Part shown: positions 43,080 through 59,196 of the stretch, piece after piece
Numbering within the stretch: the stretch's first letter is position 1
Layout: each line of letters begins with the position of its first letter
DNA from: Dictyostelium discoideum
Taxonomy: Eukaryota
Length of the DNA stretch: 64,000 bases
NCBI GenBank assembly: GCA_000004695.1
Contig: CM000153.2
Span: forward strand, 2,432,001 to 2,496,000
Reading direction: 5' to 3'
The notes under the pieces: model-generated
What the model was told of the DNA's origin: nothing
The model's input: only the letters and a program-made list of their open reading frames with translations
Databases searched by the model: none
Position numbers and translations under genes: made by a program

Positions 43080-43087
43080 TCCCATAA
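43080..43087 (+). promoter_or_regulatory. DUSE-like motif TCCCATAA ((A/T)CCCA(C/T)AA) 59-66 nt upstream of the tRNA-Sec gene
   Basis: An exact match to the Dictyostelium upstream sequence element consensus at the characteristic distance (about 60 nt) from an ncRNA gene start. It is the only occurrence of the motif in the window. Confidence 0.55.
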
Positions 43088-43145
43088 CTTTTTTTTTAAA
43101 TTTTTTTTTTTTTTTTAAATTAGGAATTTAAAAAATTATTTATTT

Positions 43146-43233
43146 GCGTGTTTGATCGCTATCTGGGGATGCGTGTGGACTTCAAATCCATAGCTCGATA
43201 ACTCGAGAGTTGTTCGATTCAACCTGACGCGCG
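43146..43233 (+). tRNA. tRNA-Sec: Selenocysteine tRNA (tRNA-Sec, anticodon TCA), 88 nt, 9/4 acceptor/T-stem architecture
   Basis: It is the GC-richest 90 nt of the window. The anticodon arm is GTGGA-CTTCAAA-TCCAT (U33, anticodon UCA, A37). There is a long variable arm. T arm GTTG-TTCGATT-CAAC (4 bp). Acceptor GCGTGTTTG / CTGACGCGC (9 bp, 2 G-U, 1 mismatch) + G73 discriminator. A T-rich stretch follows downstream. Blocks CTTCAAA…AGCT…AGAGTTGTTCGATTCAACC resemble vertebrate tRNA-Sec (…GGCTTCAAACC…AGAGTGGTTCAATTCCACC). Confidence 0.75.
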
Positions 43234-43440
43234 TTTATTGTTTTAAAAAAAAAAAAAAAAGAAAAAAATAAAAAGATATCAAAAATTCTATCTGTAATCC
43301 CAAGAAAGAAAAAGATACAGATAATTGATCACTCTAAATAATAATCATATTAATTAAATATTAATAAATAAATAAATAAAAAAAAATAAATTAATATATT
43401 AAACAATTTAAAAAAATAAAATAAAAATAAAATAACTAAA

Positions 43441-43471
<31 letters not shown>

Positions 43472-43499
43472 AAAACTAATGGTTTTTATTATTTTATTT

Positions 43500-45179
<1,680 letters not shown>

Positions 45180-45292
45180 TTTACTAAAATAATTATATAT
45201 ATATACATATATATATATATTTTTTGTTATTGCACACTAGTAAATAATCATTTTTTTTTTTTTTTTTTTTTTTATGACCCTTGGTCACTTAC

Positions 45293-45327
<35 letters not shown>

Positions 45328-45532
45328 AAAAACAAAATTAAGAACTTAAAAAATTAAAAAATCTCAAAAAAATAAAAAAATTTATATTTTAAAAAGTATT
45401 TACGTTTTTTTTTATTTTTGTTATTTTAATATATATCTTATTATTATTTAAGAAGTGAAATAAATTTTATTCCCTCTAAAAATTTTTTTTTTTTTTTTTT
45501 TTTTTTTTCCCACAAAAAATTAAATAATAATT

Positions 45533-45895
45533 TTATTCATTTTTACTGCCATTTGGATATTTTCTTTCACCATATGCTGATATATAGTTTATATCATAGT
45601 CTTTTGATTTAATAATTTGTTTTAATTGTTCAATTTCTTTTAATTTTTCTTTAAGGATTGAAACTACCAAGTTACTGGAGATATGGTAATCACCATTTTC
45701 TAAACCATCCAATTGTGAGGGATGAGTAATATTTTTATATGCATTTGGTTCTTCTAATGGAGTATTTGATAACCAAGTTTCTTTATTATCAAATTCAACA
45801 GAACATAAATTTTTATTTTTTAATGCATCATTTAATTGATTTGTTGTTTCAATTCTAATTTTTAAATTTTTTTTTATATAATTTAAAATATCCAT
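45533..45895 (-). CDS. Small protein (120 aa) paralogous to the N-terminal domain of the 43500..45179 gene
   Basis: The likely true start is MDILNYIKKNL… at 45895 (the listed ORF begins earlier in poly-K/F from AT-rich sequence). It shares …HPSQL…ILKEKLKEI… with the neighbouring gene (…NHPSQLKKYNF…ILSEKLEDI…). Confidence 0.45.
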   Translation of the reverse strand: MDILNYIKKNLKIRIETTNQLNDALKNKNLCSVEFDNKETWLSNTPLEEPNAYKNITHPSQLDGLENGDYHISSNLVVSILKEKLKEIEQLKQIIKSKDYDINYISAYGERKYPNGSKNE

Positions 45896-45906
45896 ATTTT
45901 TTTTTC

Positions 45907-45942
<36 letters not shown>

Positions 45943-46050
45943 GTAATAAAAAAATAAATGAACTAAAATAAATAAATAAATAAATATAAAAATAAAAAAA
46001 AAACAATAGTTCAAAAATTGATTTGGCAAAGATGAAAAATAAAAATAAAA

Positions 46051-46084
<34 letters not shown>

Positions 46085-46885
46085 AAATACAGATTTAACA
46101 CAAATATTGTGTTTTTTTTTTTTATTATTTTTAATCCAAAATTAGTGTGTTTTTATTTTTATTTTTATTTTTTTATACATAATTTAAAATTTTAAGTCAA
46201 GTCTTGAAAAAATGGGTGTTATTATAATAATAATTTCAAATACATTTTTGTAAAAATAGATTCTCATAGATGTAGTGAAGTTATATAATTAAAAGAAAAA
46301 AAAAAAAAAAAAAATTATCTCATTTTTTAATTTTCAAATTTTTTTAAACTACTATTTTTTTTTTTTTTTTTAATTAATATTATTATTTTAATAAAATAAC
46401 CATTATTATTTATTATTTTTAGGATGTTTTTAAAATAATATTAATTTATTAAAATTATAATTTTTTTTTTTTTTTTTTATCCATTACAATTTTCAATAGG
46501 AAATTTCAATTTTTTTTATTTTTTTTTATTTTTTTTTTTTCTCCAAGTTCCAAAAATTCGAAATCGGTGATAAAAATAGGACAATGTTGAAAAAACGATA
46601 ATTTTTTTTATTTTTGTAACTTGGTAACCCACCCAACACACAACAAATAAAATAAAAAAAATATAAAAAAATAAAAAAAATAAAAAAAATAAAAAAAAAA
46701 CAATAATACCACAACAAAATTTAAAAAAAAAACAATAATAAAAAAAACAACAACAAAAATAAAATAAAATAAAAATTAATTAAAAATAATAATTACAATA
46801 TTGTAATTATTATTTTTACAGATTGCTTCCAAAAAAAAAATAAAAATAAAAATAAAAAAAAAAATAAAATAAAATTAAATAAAAA

Positions 46886-46934
<49 letters not shown>

Positions 46935-47164
46935 TCTACCATAATGAAAATATTATTGTTTTATTAATTTTTAATTTTACCATTTTAAATAAAATTAAAT
47001 AAAATTAATTTTTATTTATAATTTGAATAAAATTAATTTTTATTTATAATTTAAATAAATCTTTAAAAAATATAATTTTGGAATTAAATAAAAAAAAAAA
47101 ATCTAAAAAATAAAAAATTTTGTTTAGAAAAAATAAAAAAAAAAATTAAAAAAAAAAAAATAAA

Positions 47165-48976
<1,812 letters not shown>

Positions 48977-49016
48977 TTTAACAAATAAAAAAATATATAT
49001 ATTGTAAAGAAATTAA

Positions 49017-50785
<1,769 letters not shown>

Positions 50786-51004
50786 TCCAATTGATTTTTT
50801 TTTTTTTTATTGAAATTTTTATTTTTCACTTTTTTTTTTTATTTTTTTAATTTTTTTTTTTTTTTTTAATTAATAATGTTAAAAAAAAAAAAAAAAAAGG
50901 TTGTAATGTTGTTACTTTTAAGTAAATTTTTTGAGCGTTGTCATGTTTTTTAGTTTCTAAAACCTCATTTATTGAAACTCGAATGATTTTTTTTTTTTAA
51001 AAAA

Positions 51005-51095
51005 ATGGACCTTGAGGGGATCGATCCCTCCCTGCCAGTTTGCGGAACTAGAATGCAACCTATACATCAAAGGCCCGTTGGGACATGAGCTGCCT
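51005..51095. other. Isolated about 90-nt GC-rich island containing the 12-bp palindrome GGGATCGATCCC; unexplained
   Basis: ggaccttgaggggatcgatccctccctgccagtttgcggaactagaatgcaacctatacatcaaaggcccgttgggacatgagctgcc. Its size and GC content are like a small RNA gene. I could not fold it as a canonical tRNA on either strand, and there is no DUSE motif nearby. Confidence 0.2.
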
Positions 51096-51194
51096 TAAGA
51101 AAAATTTTAAATTTAATAGACATAATTTTAATTAAAAGAATATATAAATAAATGTTTTATTTATTTTTTATTATTGTTAACAATTTTTCTATTT

Positions 51195-51584
51195 TTAATT
51201 TTTAATTTTAAATTTTTCTATTTTTCTATTTTTATTTTTTAAATTTTTCTTGATATGACTAAAATATTCTTTATAAAATTGTTCAAGTTTTAATATCAAT
51301 TGTTCCCTTTCTATTTTCAATTGTTCCCTTTCTATTTTCAATTGTTCCCTTTCTATTTTCAATTGTTCCCTTTCTCTTTTCAATTGTTCCCTTTCTCTTT
51401 TCAATTGTTCAATTATTAATTCCAATTGATCGTTTTCTTGTTCCAATTGTTGCATTTCTTGTTCCAATATTTCCGGTATGTGATTTGAGTAAGTAACTAC
51501 TACTGTATTATTTGTAATATCTATTGTATTTTCAGCAAGGAAAAACAATATAATGAAATCTAAAATATAAAAAAAAAATTTCAA
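51195..51584 (-). CDS. Small protein (129 aa) with N-terminal hydrophobic signal/anchor and a heptad coiled-coil made of (EREQLKI)n repeats
   Basis: ATG-initiated. 24-nt tandem repeat caattgttccctttctattttc ×5 at 51298-51420. Unknown function. Confidence 0.4.
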   Translation of the reverse strand: MKFFFYILDFIILFFLAENTIDITNNTVVVTYSNHIPEILEQEMQQLEQENDQLELIIEQLKREREQLKREREQLKIEREQLKIEREQLKIEREQLILKLEQFYKEYFSHIKKNLKNKNRKIEKFKIKN

Positions 51585-51811
51585 ACTATTAAAATATTTT
51601 TACCCCTTTTATTTTTTATTTTTTATTTTTTTTTTTTTAAATTTTAAATTAATAAATTTAGTAATATCCATTTATATAGTAAATTTTAATAAAGGGTTTT
51701 TTAATTGAAACAGTTGTTTAAAAAGAAAAAATATTATAATAAAAAATATAATAGGAAAATATTAAAAAGAAATACATTTTTATTAATAAGAAATTAGTTT
51801 TATTTATTTTA

Positions 51812-51845
<34 letters not shown>

Positions 51846-51988
51846 AAATACTTTTTATTAATAAGGAATTTGTTTTTTTTTTTAAAATGATATTTCAAAA
51901 ACATAGTTTAAATTTATAAATAAAAATGGGATATAAAAAAATAATTTATTATTTTATTCCATTAATTATTTTAAAAAAAAAAAAAAAG

Positions 51989-54128
51989 ATGAAACAACTC
52001 TTTTTATTTATTTATTTAATATTTGTTTATTTAATTAATACTTCATTTTGTCAAGTTTATCCAAGTGGAGAAATTAAAGATATTCAAGGAAACTGTTTAA
52101 CTTCTCCAAATAATGTGGGTGAAATAATCACAATTGAAAATTGTTTTGATTCTCAATCAACAAATAAGTCACAACAACAATGGATATTCTCATTAGGTAA
52201 TAAAAACGTACCAACTCTTCAATCATTAAATGGATTATGTGCTGAAATTTCAAATAATAATTTAATTACAATTCAATGTACAACAATATATAAATCAAGT
52301 TCATTCTTATCAGTTCGTTATATTGAAGGTTCATTCATAATTAAATCAGTAATGTCTCAATCATGTTTACAAAGTCCTTTTAAAATTGGTGAATCACCTT
52401 TTTTCACATATAATTGTGATGCTGATGAAAATCAAAAGTTTTTTATTGATTTAACTTCTAAATCATTTTGTAAGTAAAAAAAATAGGAACTTTAAAATTT
52501 TTTTTTTTTTAAACATATTAATAATTTTTTATTATTATAAAAAACAGTACCTGTTTATAATCAAAAAAAAATTCCATTGACCATGTCATCAAATATAAAT
52601 TATTTCCTTGATAGTATGGAAGTAAATGCTCAATCTGGTGTATATAAAGGTTGGGAAAGAAAATTACCAGGTTTTTAGTAAAGTTTAATACTGATTGTAC
52701 TCTAACCATTTCTGATGATAATTCAGTTCTTTGGAAAAATGTTGATGAACCACCATCAGTTTGTAAACCTTCTGCTGTCTTAAAATTACATAATGATGGT
52801 AAATTATGTATATATAATCATGAAAATAATCCAGTTTCAAGTTGGTGCTCAGACTCTAAATCATTAGGTGGTCGTTATTACCATATGGTTCTTATGGAAA
52901 AAGTAAGTGAAAATAATAATTTTTTATTTTATTAATTTAAATTTAATTATAAACTTTAAAGTAAAAAAAATCAATTTATTTAATATTAATTACAATAATA
53001 TATATTAAGGATGGGGATTAGTTATTCAATCAGAAAATGGTGCAATGGTATGGGCAAAATGGGGTGAATCAATTTATCCAGATGCAAATTATAATTTAAT
53101 TCCTGGTAGCTACTTTGATGAAAATTATGGAATTAATACTAATAAATATATTACAAATGGAAGGTAAAGTATATTACATGTTCTAAGTTTAAATTTTCAT
53201 TAATTTTAAAAACAAAACTAATCATATTCTTTCATTTTTATTATTAAATTTTAAAAGAGATTTTTTATATTTTAATATAAAATATGGATTACAATATTTT
53301 ATTGGTAATCCAAATATGCAAGGAATACCTAATAGAGCTTGGAGTTCAATACCAGAACCAAGTTATGGTGAACGACCTGTTACATTAACATTATATATTA
53401 ATAATGATAATGTAACTATTCAAGGAAAAAAAATAATAGAAATAAAAACCCGAGACCTTACTGGATGGAAACACATTTTAATAGATGTTACATTATGGAA
53501 TACTCAAATACCATTGAAAGGTTGTAAATTCATTCATTTACCAATTTTAAATCAAAATGATTATGATAATTGGGGTTGGGTAATTAAAAATAAAGGTTTA
53601 AAGATTATATATGGTAATTTTAATTATCAACCTACAAAAATTAGCTCTTCAAATAATTTCTTAATTGGTAGTCCAACCAATCCATTAAATCCAACAAAAC
53701 AATTATATTCAGATATTTTAAAATTCGAATTACGTCCTGATGGTGTTTTAGAATTTAGAAATTTAATTACTGGTGAATTATTGTTCCCATACTCATATTC
53801 ATCTGTTTTAATACCAACTAGTGGTAATGGTACAAATCAATGTCCAAATAGAAAATATTTAGGTTATTGGGATAATGATAATAATTTAAGTATTAAAGTT
53901 GTTGGTTGTGAAAAGTATAGAGATACTTGTAATAAAACTGATTCAATCCAATGTAGAAGTAATCCACAGCTATGTAATGAAAATGATAATAACAAATGTT
54001 TTACTTATTTCACTTTCTTTCCAAATTGTTACCAATTTGGTCAAGCATCATTAGTAATTCAATATGGACTTCCTGAAATTATGTTTATTAGCTATGATAA
54101 TATTTTAGTTTCAAATTATTTGTATTAA
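51989..54128 (+). CDS. Secreted lectin-like protein: ricin-B/beta-trefoil-like N-domain (QxW) + bulb-type (B-)lectin domain + Cys-rich C-terminal domain; 4 exons (51989..52473, 52650..52902, 53010..53163, 53258..54128); the exon 2/3 junction is out of phase, so possibly a pseudogene or a sequence error
   Basis: Signal peptide MKQLFLFIYLIFVYLINTSFCQ. QQQWIF. B-lectin motifs TISDDNSVLW, KLHNDGKLCIYN…NPVSSW, (D)GDLVIQSENGAMVWA. Exons 1 to 2 (phase 2) and 3 to 4 (phase 2) are consistent. Exon 2 ends in phase 0 at a perfect GTAAGT, while exon 3 only reads in the conserved frame if it starts in phase 1. The exon sum is 1763 nt, which is 2 mod 3. Confidence 0.5.
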
Positions 54129-54259
54129 TTTTTTAAAACATGTTTAACATATGTATAAAAATAAAATAAGATAGATCTTTATAAAATAAAACTAATAGTT
54201 TTTGAATTAAAAAAAAAATAAAAAATAAATGATACTAAATAAAGATTTTATTATTATTA

Positions 54260-56180
54260 TTATTGTGGTGGTGGTGGTAAAATATCAACTGGAATAAAAG
54301 TTCTTGGAGGATTTGGAGGTACTCCAATACTTTTGAAATAACTTAATAATTGTCCTGGAATTTCTTTTAAGGTTTCTTGAGCTAAAGCATTAATATTACC
54401 TGAATATTTATTGAATGGTACAAATTGAACGATATCTCTTTTAGCTCTATTACCTTTGTAATCCACTAAACAACCATTATCACCATCTAATAAATTCATA
54501 TTTTCAAATGAACTTAAACCTACACCAACAATTACAACTGATAATGGTAAATTTGATGCTTGAACTAAACATTTTATAGTTTCATCCATATCACAAATTT
54601 CACCATCAGTTATGATTAATAAAACTGTATATTTTTGTTGATATGGTAAACGACTTTCTGAAGCTCTAGCAATTGCTTCTTGAATAACTGATGCAAAATT
54701 AGTTGGACCACTAAATGGAATCTTTGAGATGTTTCTATTATACATTTCTAAAACACCTGCTACACCAAAAGCTGATGGAACATTTGGATCCAATGAAAAT
54801 GGGAAACAATGTGATGTACGACCTTGATATTCACCACCAAATCCAAATACATCAATAAAACCATCAGAATCATATGATGATAAAACACCTAAATTATTTT
54901 AAAAAATTAAAATAAAAAAAATAAAAAAAAAAAGAAAATAAATTAGTAATTAAAAAAAAAAAAAAACTTTAAAATAATAAATAAAAAATACAAACTTCCA
55001 ACAGATGCAATTGAACGTGCATAAGCACTACCACCCTTTTCAAGATCATTATAATGAAGACCTGAAAATGAATTAACTGAACCATTACTACCTGTACAAT
55101 CGATTGCTGTCATTAATGAAATTTCACAACCACCTGCTAAAAATTCTAAAAAGGTATGAGTCTTTTCTAAACGAACTTTATAAAACTTTAAGATACCACT
55201 ATTTTTGTAACCAGATTTTGAGGTTTTCTTTGGATTAATTAATGGATATTCAATGACACCTCTAAGGATTGCATCGGTTGTTGTACGTGTGATACCAATT
55301 AAATCATGTGCACCAATACTATCATAATCATAAACTTCAATTAAAAGCTCTCTAAACATATCACCCCCATTAAATTTTTCCAATTCCATGTGTAATTCTG
55401 GCCAAAGTGGATTAACATTACTTTTAATAACAATACTTTGGAAAACTAATAATTGTTCACCATTTGGATTGGTTTTATAGATTTTATAATATGGATCTGA
55501 TGAAAATAAATCTTTTTTATCAAGACCAATACCTTCAGCACTTAAAAAGATATGATGATTGGTTTGACAAATCTCTTCTGCTGAAATTTCAATTTTACCA
55601 GTAACTTTACTATGATGAATTAAATCTGCAACAATTTTTCTACCAGGTCTTGATAAAATATTTGATAATGATGTTGTCTTTTTTTTATTTAAATAAATAA
55701 ATAAATAATAAAAATAAAAATTAGTAAATAATTTTATTATTATTATTGTTATTTTTTTTTTTATTTTTTTTTTTTTTTAATACTCACAAATTCACCAATT
55801 TTATCATTTTTATCTAAATCACCAAACAATGTGATTTCTTTATCAATATCCATAACAGTGAATGTTAAGGTTTGGATTTCTTCAAAATAATAATCGAGAG
55901 TAATGGTTTTTTTAAATTCTGGTGATAAATTGTTTTTGATTTTTTCAGTACAATCAACAAATTGGAAACCTCCTGGACCTCTCTTTTCACTAATAAAGAT
56001 TTGTGGATCAGATTTACTAACGATATCTAAAATAAATAAAAAATAAAAAAAAAGAATAAGTAAAACATGAAAGTTGGAAAAAAAAAAAAAAAAAAAAATT
56101 GTTTAATTACCTAAATTCTTTAAATGATGACATCTGAATCTTAATTCAACTCTTGAATTTGGTTTTGACGATGGTATCAT
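54260..56180 (-). CDS. Copine (two C2 domains + vWA domain) (4 exons: 56111..56180, 55788..56026, 54996..55677, 54260..54888; about 539 aa)
   Basis: N-terminus MIPSSKPNSRVELRFRCHHLKNL (C2A start). C2B …ELLIEVYDYDSIGAHDLIG…. vWA …LMTAIDCTGSNG…YTVLLIITDGEICDMDET…LSVVIVGVGLSSFENMNLLDGD…RDIVQFVPF. The exon sum is 1620 nt, which is 540 codons. Donors are GTAATT, GTGAGT and GTTTGT. Confidence 0.8.
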
Positions 56181-56251
56181 TTTTATTTATATATTTATAT
56201 ATTTATATGATGCAAGTATTTAATAATTGAAATACAACGAAAAGAATTTTT

Positions 56252-56289
<38 letters not shown>

Positions 56290-56605
56290 AAAAAAAAAAA
56301 AAAATCTACTTTGATCAGTTTTGTGTCAGTTGATTTGAAAAAAAAAAAAAGATATTTATAAAAATAAATTTTTTTTTTTTTTTTTTTTTTATATTTAATT
56401 TTATGCTAATTGGTGTTAGTTTAACGAAAATGTGATAAAAAATCTTAAGAAAAGATTGAATATATTACCAAAAGTTGAGATAAAATTGGGAAATAAAAAA
56501 AAAAAAATTAAAATTTTTTATCCAATGACCAAAAATAATTTTTTTAAAATATTAATTTTACATTTCATCACCAAACTTTTAATTATTAATTTAATGGTAA
56601 TAAAT

Positions 56606-56645
<40 letters not shown>

Positions 56646-56839
56646 TTATTTAATATTACACACATAGGTGAGTTCATATTTTTTTAAATTGTTGTGGTGG
56701 AGATAAATTTAAAGAATAAGAAATTGTTTTACTCTTTTATAAATTTTTTTTTTTTTTTTTTTAACCTAGAGCTTTTATACATTTATTACTTTTTTTTTTT
56801 TTTAAAAAAAGTTTAATTATTTAAATTAATTCTATTATT

Positions 56840-57259
56840 TTAAGACATAAAAATACCTGATGGTTTTTCACCTTTAGCTTGGAGTTGCATTGTTTGTTGG
56901 TGAACAACACATAATGTACAATAACATACTGCACAAGAATCACCACAAAAATTACCATCAATACCATGTTTTTCTCTAATTTGAGAACGAGTTAAGCAAG
57001 TAACTAATGGGAAAAAAAAAGTAGCCAAAAGGCAATCAGTAGCCTCACACTGACGATTATCCACAGTTGCTCTCTGTTGCATAATTTGTAGGCCCTTGAA
57101 ATGAATAATGAAAATTGAAAATAAATATTCATTCTTTGACAATTATTAATATTGTTTGGAAAAATAAATAAATAATTAACTTACTGGCCATAAATAACTG
57201 ATACAACAAACTCTACAATCAGATGTACAATCGCATAAACCGTGTTCCCAATTTGCCAT
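56840..57259 (-). CDS. PLAC8-family (Cys-rich, FCR/cell-number-regulator-like) small protein (2 exons: 57185..57259, 56840..57133; about 122 aa)
   Basis: Exon 1 MANWEHGLCDCTSDCRVCCISYLWP|GTAAGT. Exon 2 contains …DCLLA…CGDSCAVCYCTLCVVHQQTMQ…, the PLAC8 Cys pattern. The intron is only 51 nt. Confidence 0.55.
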
Positions 57260-57685
57260 TTTTTTATTTTTTTATTTATTTTATTTGTGTTTAGATAATG
57301 ATTAAAAATAAAAAAAAAAAACTTTCCTTTTATACTTAAAATTTTTTTTTTTTTTTTGTTTTTTTATTAAATTTTTATTTTTTTCTTTTCTTTTCTCAAA
57401 ATTGTTCTAGTTTTGATTTTCTAAAAAAAAAAATCTTTTTTTTGGGGTTTCAAAAAAAATTTTTGAAAAGGTAAGAATTTTTTTAAAAATTTGCTTTTTC
57501 AAGAAAAAAGGTATGAAAGTCTTTCTTATTGGATGCCAAAATTAAAAAAAAACATAATTAAAAAATAAAAAAAAAAAACAATTGCGATATTTTTAATTTC
57601 GAAACACAAAAAGTCGCTTTTTTTTTGGTTTATAAATTAAAAAAACACTTCAAATAAAAAATTCTAATAAAAGGAGGTGATTTGC

Positions 57686-57728
<43 letters not shown>

Positions 57729-57742
57729 TTTTTTTTAATTTT

Positions 57743-59196
57743 TTAATTATGGTTTTTAGAATTGATTAGATTTAATAATTCAGTGTCCCAATTTAATAGT
57801 TTTGATAGGTTGAGAACTGATTCTTGACAATCACCAATCATTTTGAAATCAAAATTTTTATTATTATTAAAATTGAAACCACCAAAACTATTTTCACCAA
57901 CAATTTGATTATTTATTAATAATCTTGGGATATTTTTAAAATGAGGAAAGAAATGAACCATTGATGCAATTGGTTGAACTTTTAAAGAGGTACCAATCAC
58001 AATTAGACAATCACATCTATTAATATCGTCAAGTATATTTTGATTAAATATTGGTGGTAAAGATTCACCAAAGAAAACAATATCAGGTTTAATTACAGCA
58101 TTATTACATTGAACCACTTTACAACGTGGTACAACACTTTTCAAAGGATCATTATTGAAAATTGAATCTTTAATATATTCTTGAGAATATTCTAAACCAC
58201 AATTTGTACATCTTGAAACTGCAAAAGAACCATGAGCTTCAATTAATTTATCCAATGGTATACCAGCTATTCTTTCAAGTGTGTCAGCATTTTGTGCATA
58301 ATTCCTTAACAGTAATCCTTTATCTGATAAAAGTTTAATAAAATAATGAACTGGTGTACATTTAAATTTACCCGATGGGTAGAGGTCTTTTGAAAGTTGA
58401 TAAAATGGTTCAGGATTGAATTTAAAATAATCAATATCAAACACTGCCTCTTTAAATGGTAATTTAAATTTTGAAACATTTTCATTATTATATAAACCAG
58501 TTTCAACTGATCTAAAATCTGGTATACCACTCGCAACTGAAATTCCAGCTCCTGTCAATACAATAATATTCTTACATTTATCATTTTTAATTAATTTTAT
58601 AAATTCTTTAATTTTATTATTTTCAATTTCAATTTCATTTTCAATTTTAATTTCATTTTTAATGATATTACTATTCTTTATAATATCTTTAATTGAATTA
58701 TCAATTGAGTCGAAATTTTTATTATATTTTAAATTTCTTTGATCATAATAAATGAATAATTTCATTACTTTGAATAAATTTTCAATATCTTTTAATTTTT
58801 TATTTATTAAATCACTATTTTTGGTGCATTTTTCAATCATTGTTGATTCTTTAATTAATTCATTACAATCATTACACCATAATGTTTTATCATCACCATG
58901 AAATATTTTAAAAATTGAATGATTGGAATGTAATTTACAATCTTCCATACAAACAACAATTCCACATTCTAAACAAATTAAAATATTATCTTGACTTGAA
59001 CATTTATAACAATTTGGTATTGTTACTTTTTTTTTTTTTTTTTTTTTTTTTGTTAATTAACAAAAATTTTATTGATTTTTAAATTAAAATATTAATAATA
59101 TAACTTACTATTTTCATTATCATATAATTGAATATCAATTGATTCATAATTTATATTACAATTTTCAATATGTACACATTGTGTTTGTTTTGACAT
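57743..59196 (-). CDS. Sir2-family NAD-dependent deacetylase (sirtuin) with an N-terminal ZnF-UBP-like zinc finger (2 exons: 59109..59196, 57743..59025; about 456 aa)
   Basis: Sirtuin motifs IIVLTGAGISVASGIPDFRS, QNADTLE, HGSFAVSRCTNCGLEY, CKVVQC…IKPDIVFFGE. Upstream in the same frame is CYKCSSQDNILICLECGIVVCMEDCKLHSNHS…WCNDC (C-x2-C…[LI]-x-C-L-x-C-G ZnF-UBP pattern). Exon 1 MSKQTQCVHIENCNINYESIDIQLYDNEN + A|GTAAGT. The acceptor …aaaag| is phase 1. Confidence 0.7.

Noticed and set aside
52518-52709. Minus-strand ORF 52518..52709 and plus-strand alternative exon 52548..52670 (…MSSNINYFLDSMEVNAQSGVYKGWERKLPG)
   Set aside because: The plus-strand alternative needs a second frameshift in a T5 run to reach the B-lectin frame. 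The simpler model treats 52474-52649 as one intron (phase-2 donor TGTAA|GTAAAA, acceptor …tataaag|G). It is kept only as an alternative.
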